Positions 63,323 to 64,000 of a DNA stretch of 64,000 bases are shown in pieces. The notes under the pieces were generated by a model. It searched no databases. It was given only the letters and a program-made list of their open reading frames with translations, and was not told where the DNA came from. Position 1 is the first letter of the stretch, and each line of letters opens with the position of its first letter. The position numbers were made by a program, and so were the translations under genes. Source of the stretch: Leucoraja ocellata (taxonomy: Eukaryota); contig JAWMAR010000611.1 in NCBI GenBank assembly GCA_036785375.1, positions 620,001 to 684,000 on the forward strand, in the 5' to 3' direction.

Positions 63323-63619
63323 CGGCTCCATCCGCGCCCAGTCCCTTCATTCTCTTCACCTGCGAGGATCAAGGCTCCGGTGGTTCGTTCACCTATGGTT
63401 GTTTGGCGTTGGGCTACTCCCCTGCGGGCGCCAGTGTTTCTTGGAAGAAAGATTATATAAAACTGGAGACCGGAGTGAAGGACTACCCGGCAGTGTTCAA
63501 TAAGTTGGGAACTTATACCCGGAGCAGCGAGTTAACCATCACCGCGGCGGCGGCAGCGGGAGGTGACATCTTCTGCGTGGTTCAGCACAACCAGACCGAG
63601 TATAAAGTGAAAGTACCAG
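63323..63619 (+). CDS. IGHM: IgM heavy-chain constant exon 1 (C-mu-1)
   Basis: Acceptor TTTGCAG. Translation (A)APSAPSPFILFTCEDQGSGGSFTYGCLALGYSPAGASVSWKKD...YPAVFNKLGTYTRSSELTIT...DIFCVVQHNQTEYKVKVP, with C1-set Cys/Trp/Cys and the light-chain Cys intact. Donor GT at 63620. It closely resembles skate IgM CH1 as I recall it. Confidence 0.93.
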
Positions 63620-63659
63620 GTTTGTGTTGGGGTGCACCGCGAGGCCGAGGGTGGAGTTG

Positions 63660-63970
63660 AGAGTCGAGAGTCAAGAATGTTTTATTGTCATATGTCCCAG
63701 ATAGAACATGCACACATACTCAAAACAAACAATAACTGCAATAATAATACAATAACTATTGTAGTTCAGAGCATATGATGTTGTAATGTTTAATAGCCTG
63801 ATGGTTGTAGGGAAGAAGCTGTTCCTCAACCTGGGCGTTAGTTCTCAGGCTCCTGTACCTTCCTCCCGATGGCAGTGGTGAGATGAGTGTGTGGCCAGGA
63901 TGGTGTGGGTCTCTGATGATGTTGGATGCCTTTTTGAGGCAGCGACTCCATTACATCCCTTTGATGATGG
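63660..63970 (-). mobile_element. Rex1-like LINE 3' end in the CH1-CH2 intron
   Basis: Reverse complement of the Rex1 C-terminus/3' UTR seen at 51540-51900 (IIRDPHHPGHTLIS...GRRYRSL) with AATAAA tail. Confidence 0.75.
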
Positions 63971-64000
63971 GAGGAGGGAGGGGGGGAGGGGGGGGGGGTC

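Overview
Eukaryotic, repeat-dense genomic DNA from a cartilaginous fish, very probably a skate (Rajidae). This is judged from the immunoglobulin sequence and the CR1/V-SINE/Penelope repeat landscape. The only host gene I can support is the 5' half of an IgM heavy-chain cluster at about 58.1-63.6 kb (+ strand). It has a leader exon, a VH exon already fused in the germline to D sequence and followed by a 12-bp-spacer RSS, a separate JH with a 23-bp-spacer RSS, a 4.1-kb intron, and an intact C-mu-1 exon. CH2 onward lies outside the window. The J-C intron contains a decayed inverted repeat whose arms carry octamer/MORE-like Oct motifs. The upstream 58 kb is mostly nested transposons: a DIRS1-type tyrosine-recombinase retroelement with both termini and an internal complementary region (carrying a U2 snRNA retrocopy and a CR1), a non-autonomous Helitron, a HERO-type RLE LINE with a nested L2/Crack-like LINE, many CR1s, Rex1, Penelope fragments, V-SINEs and a foldback MITE. 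There is also a roughly 3-kb local segmental duplication whose copies each acquired a different CR1 insertion, and two N gaps. Most ORFs in the supplied track are TE fragments or antisense shadows of them. Repeat boundaries are read by eye and approximate unless motifs are quoted.
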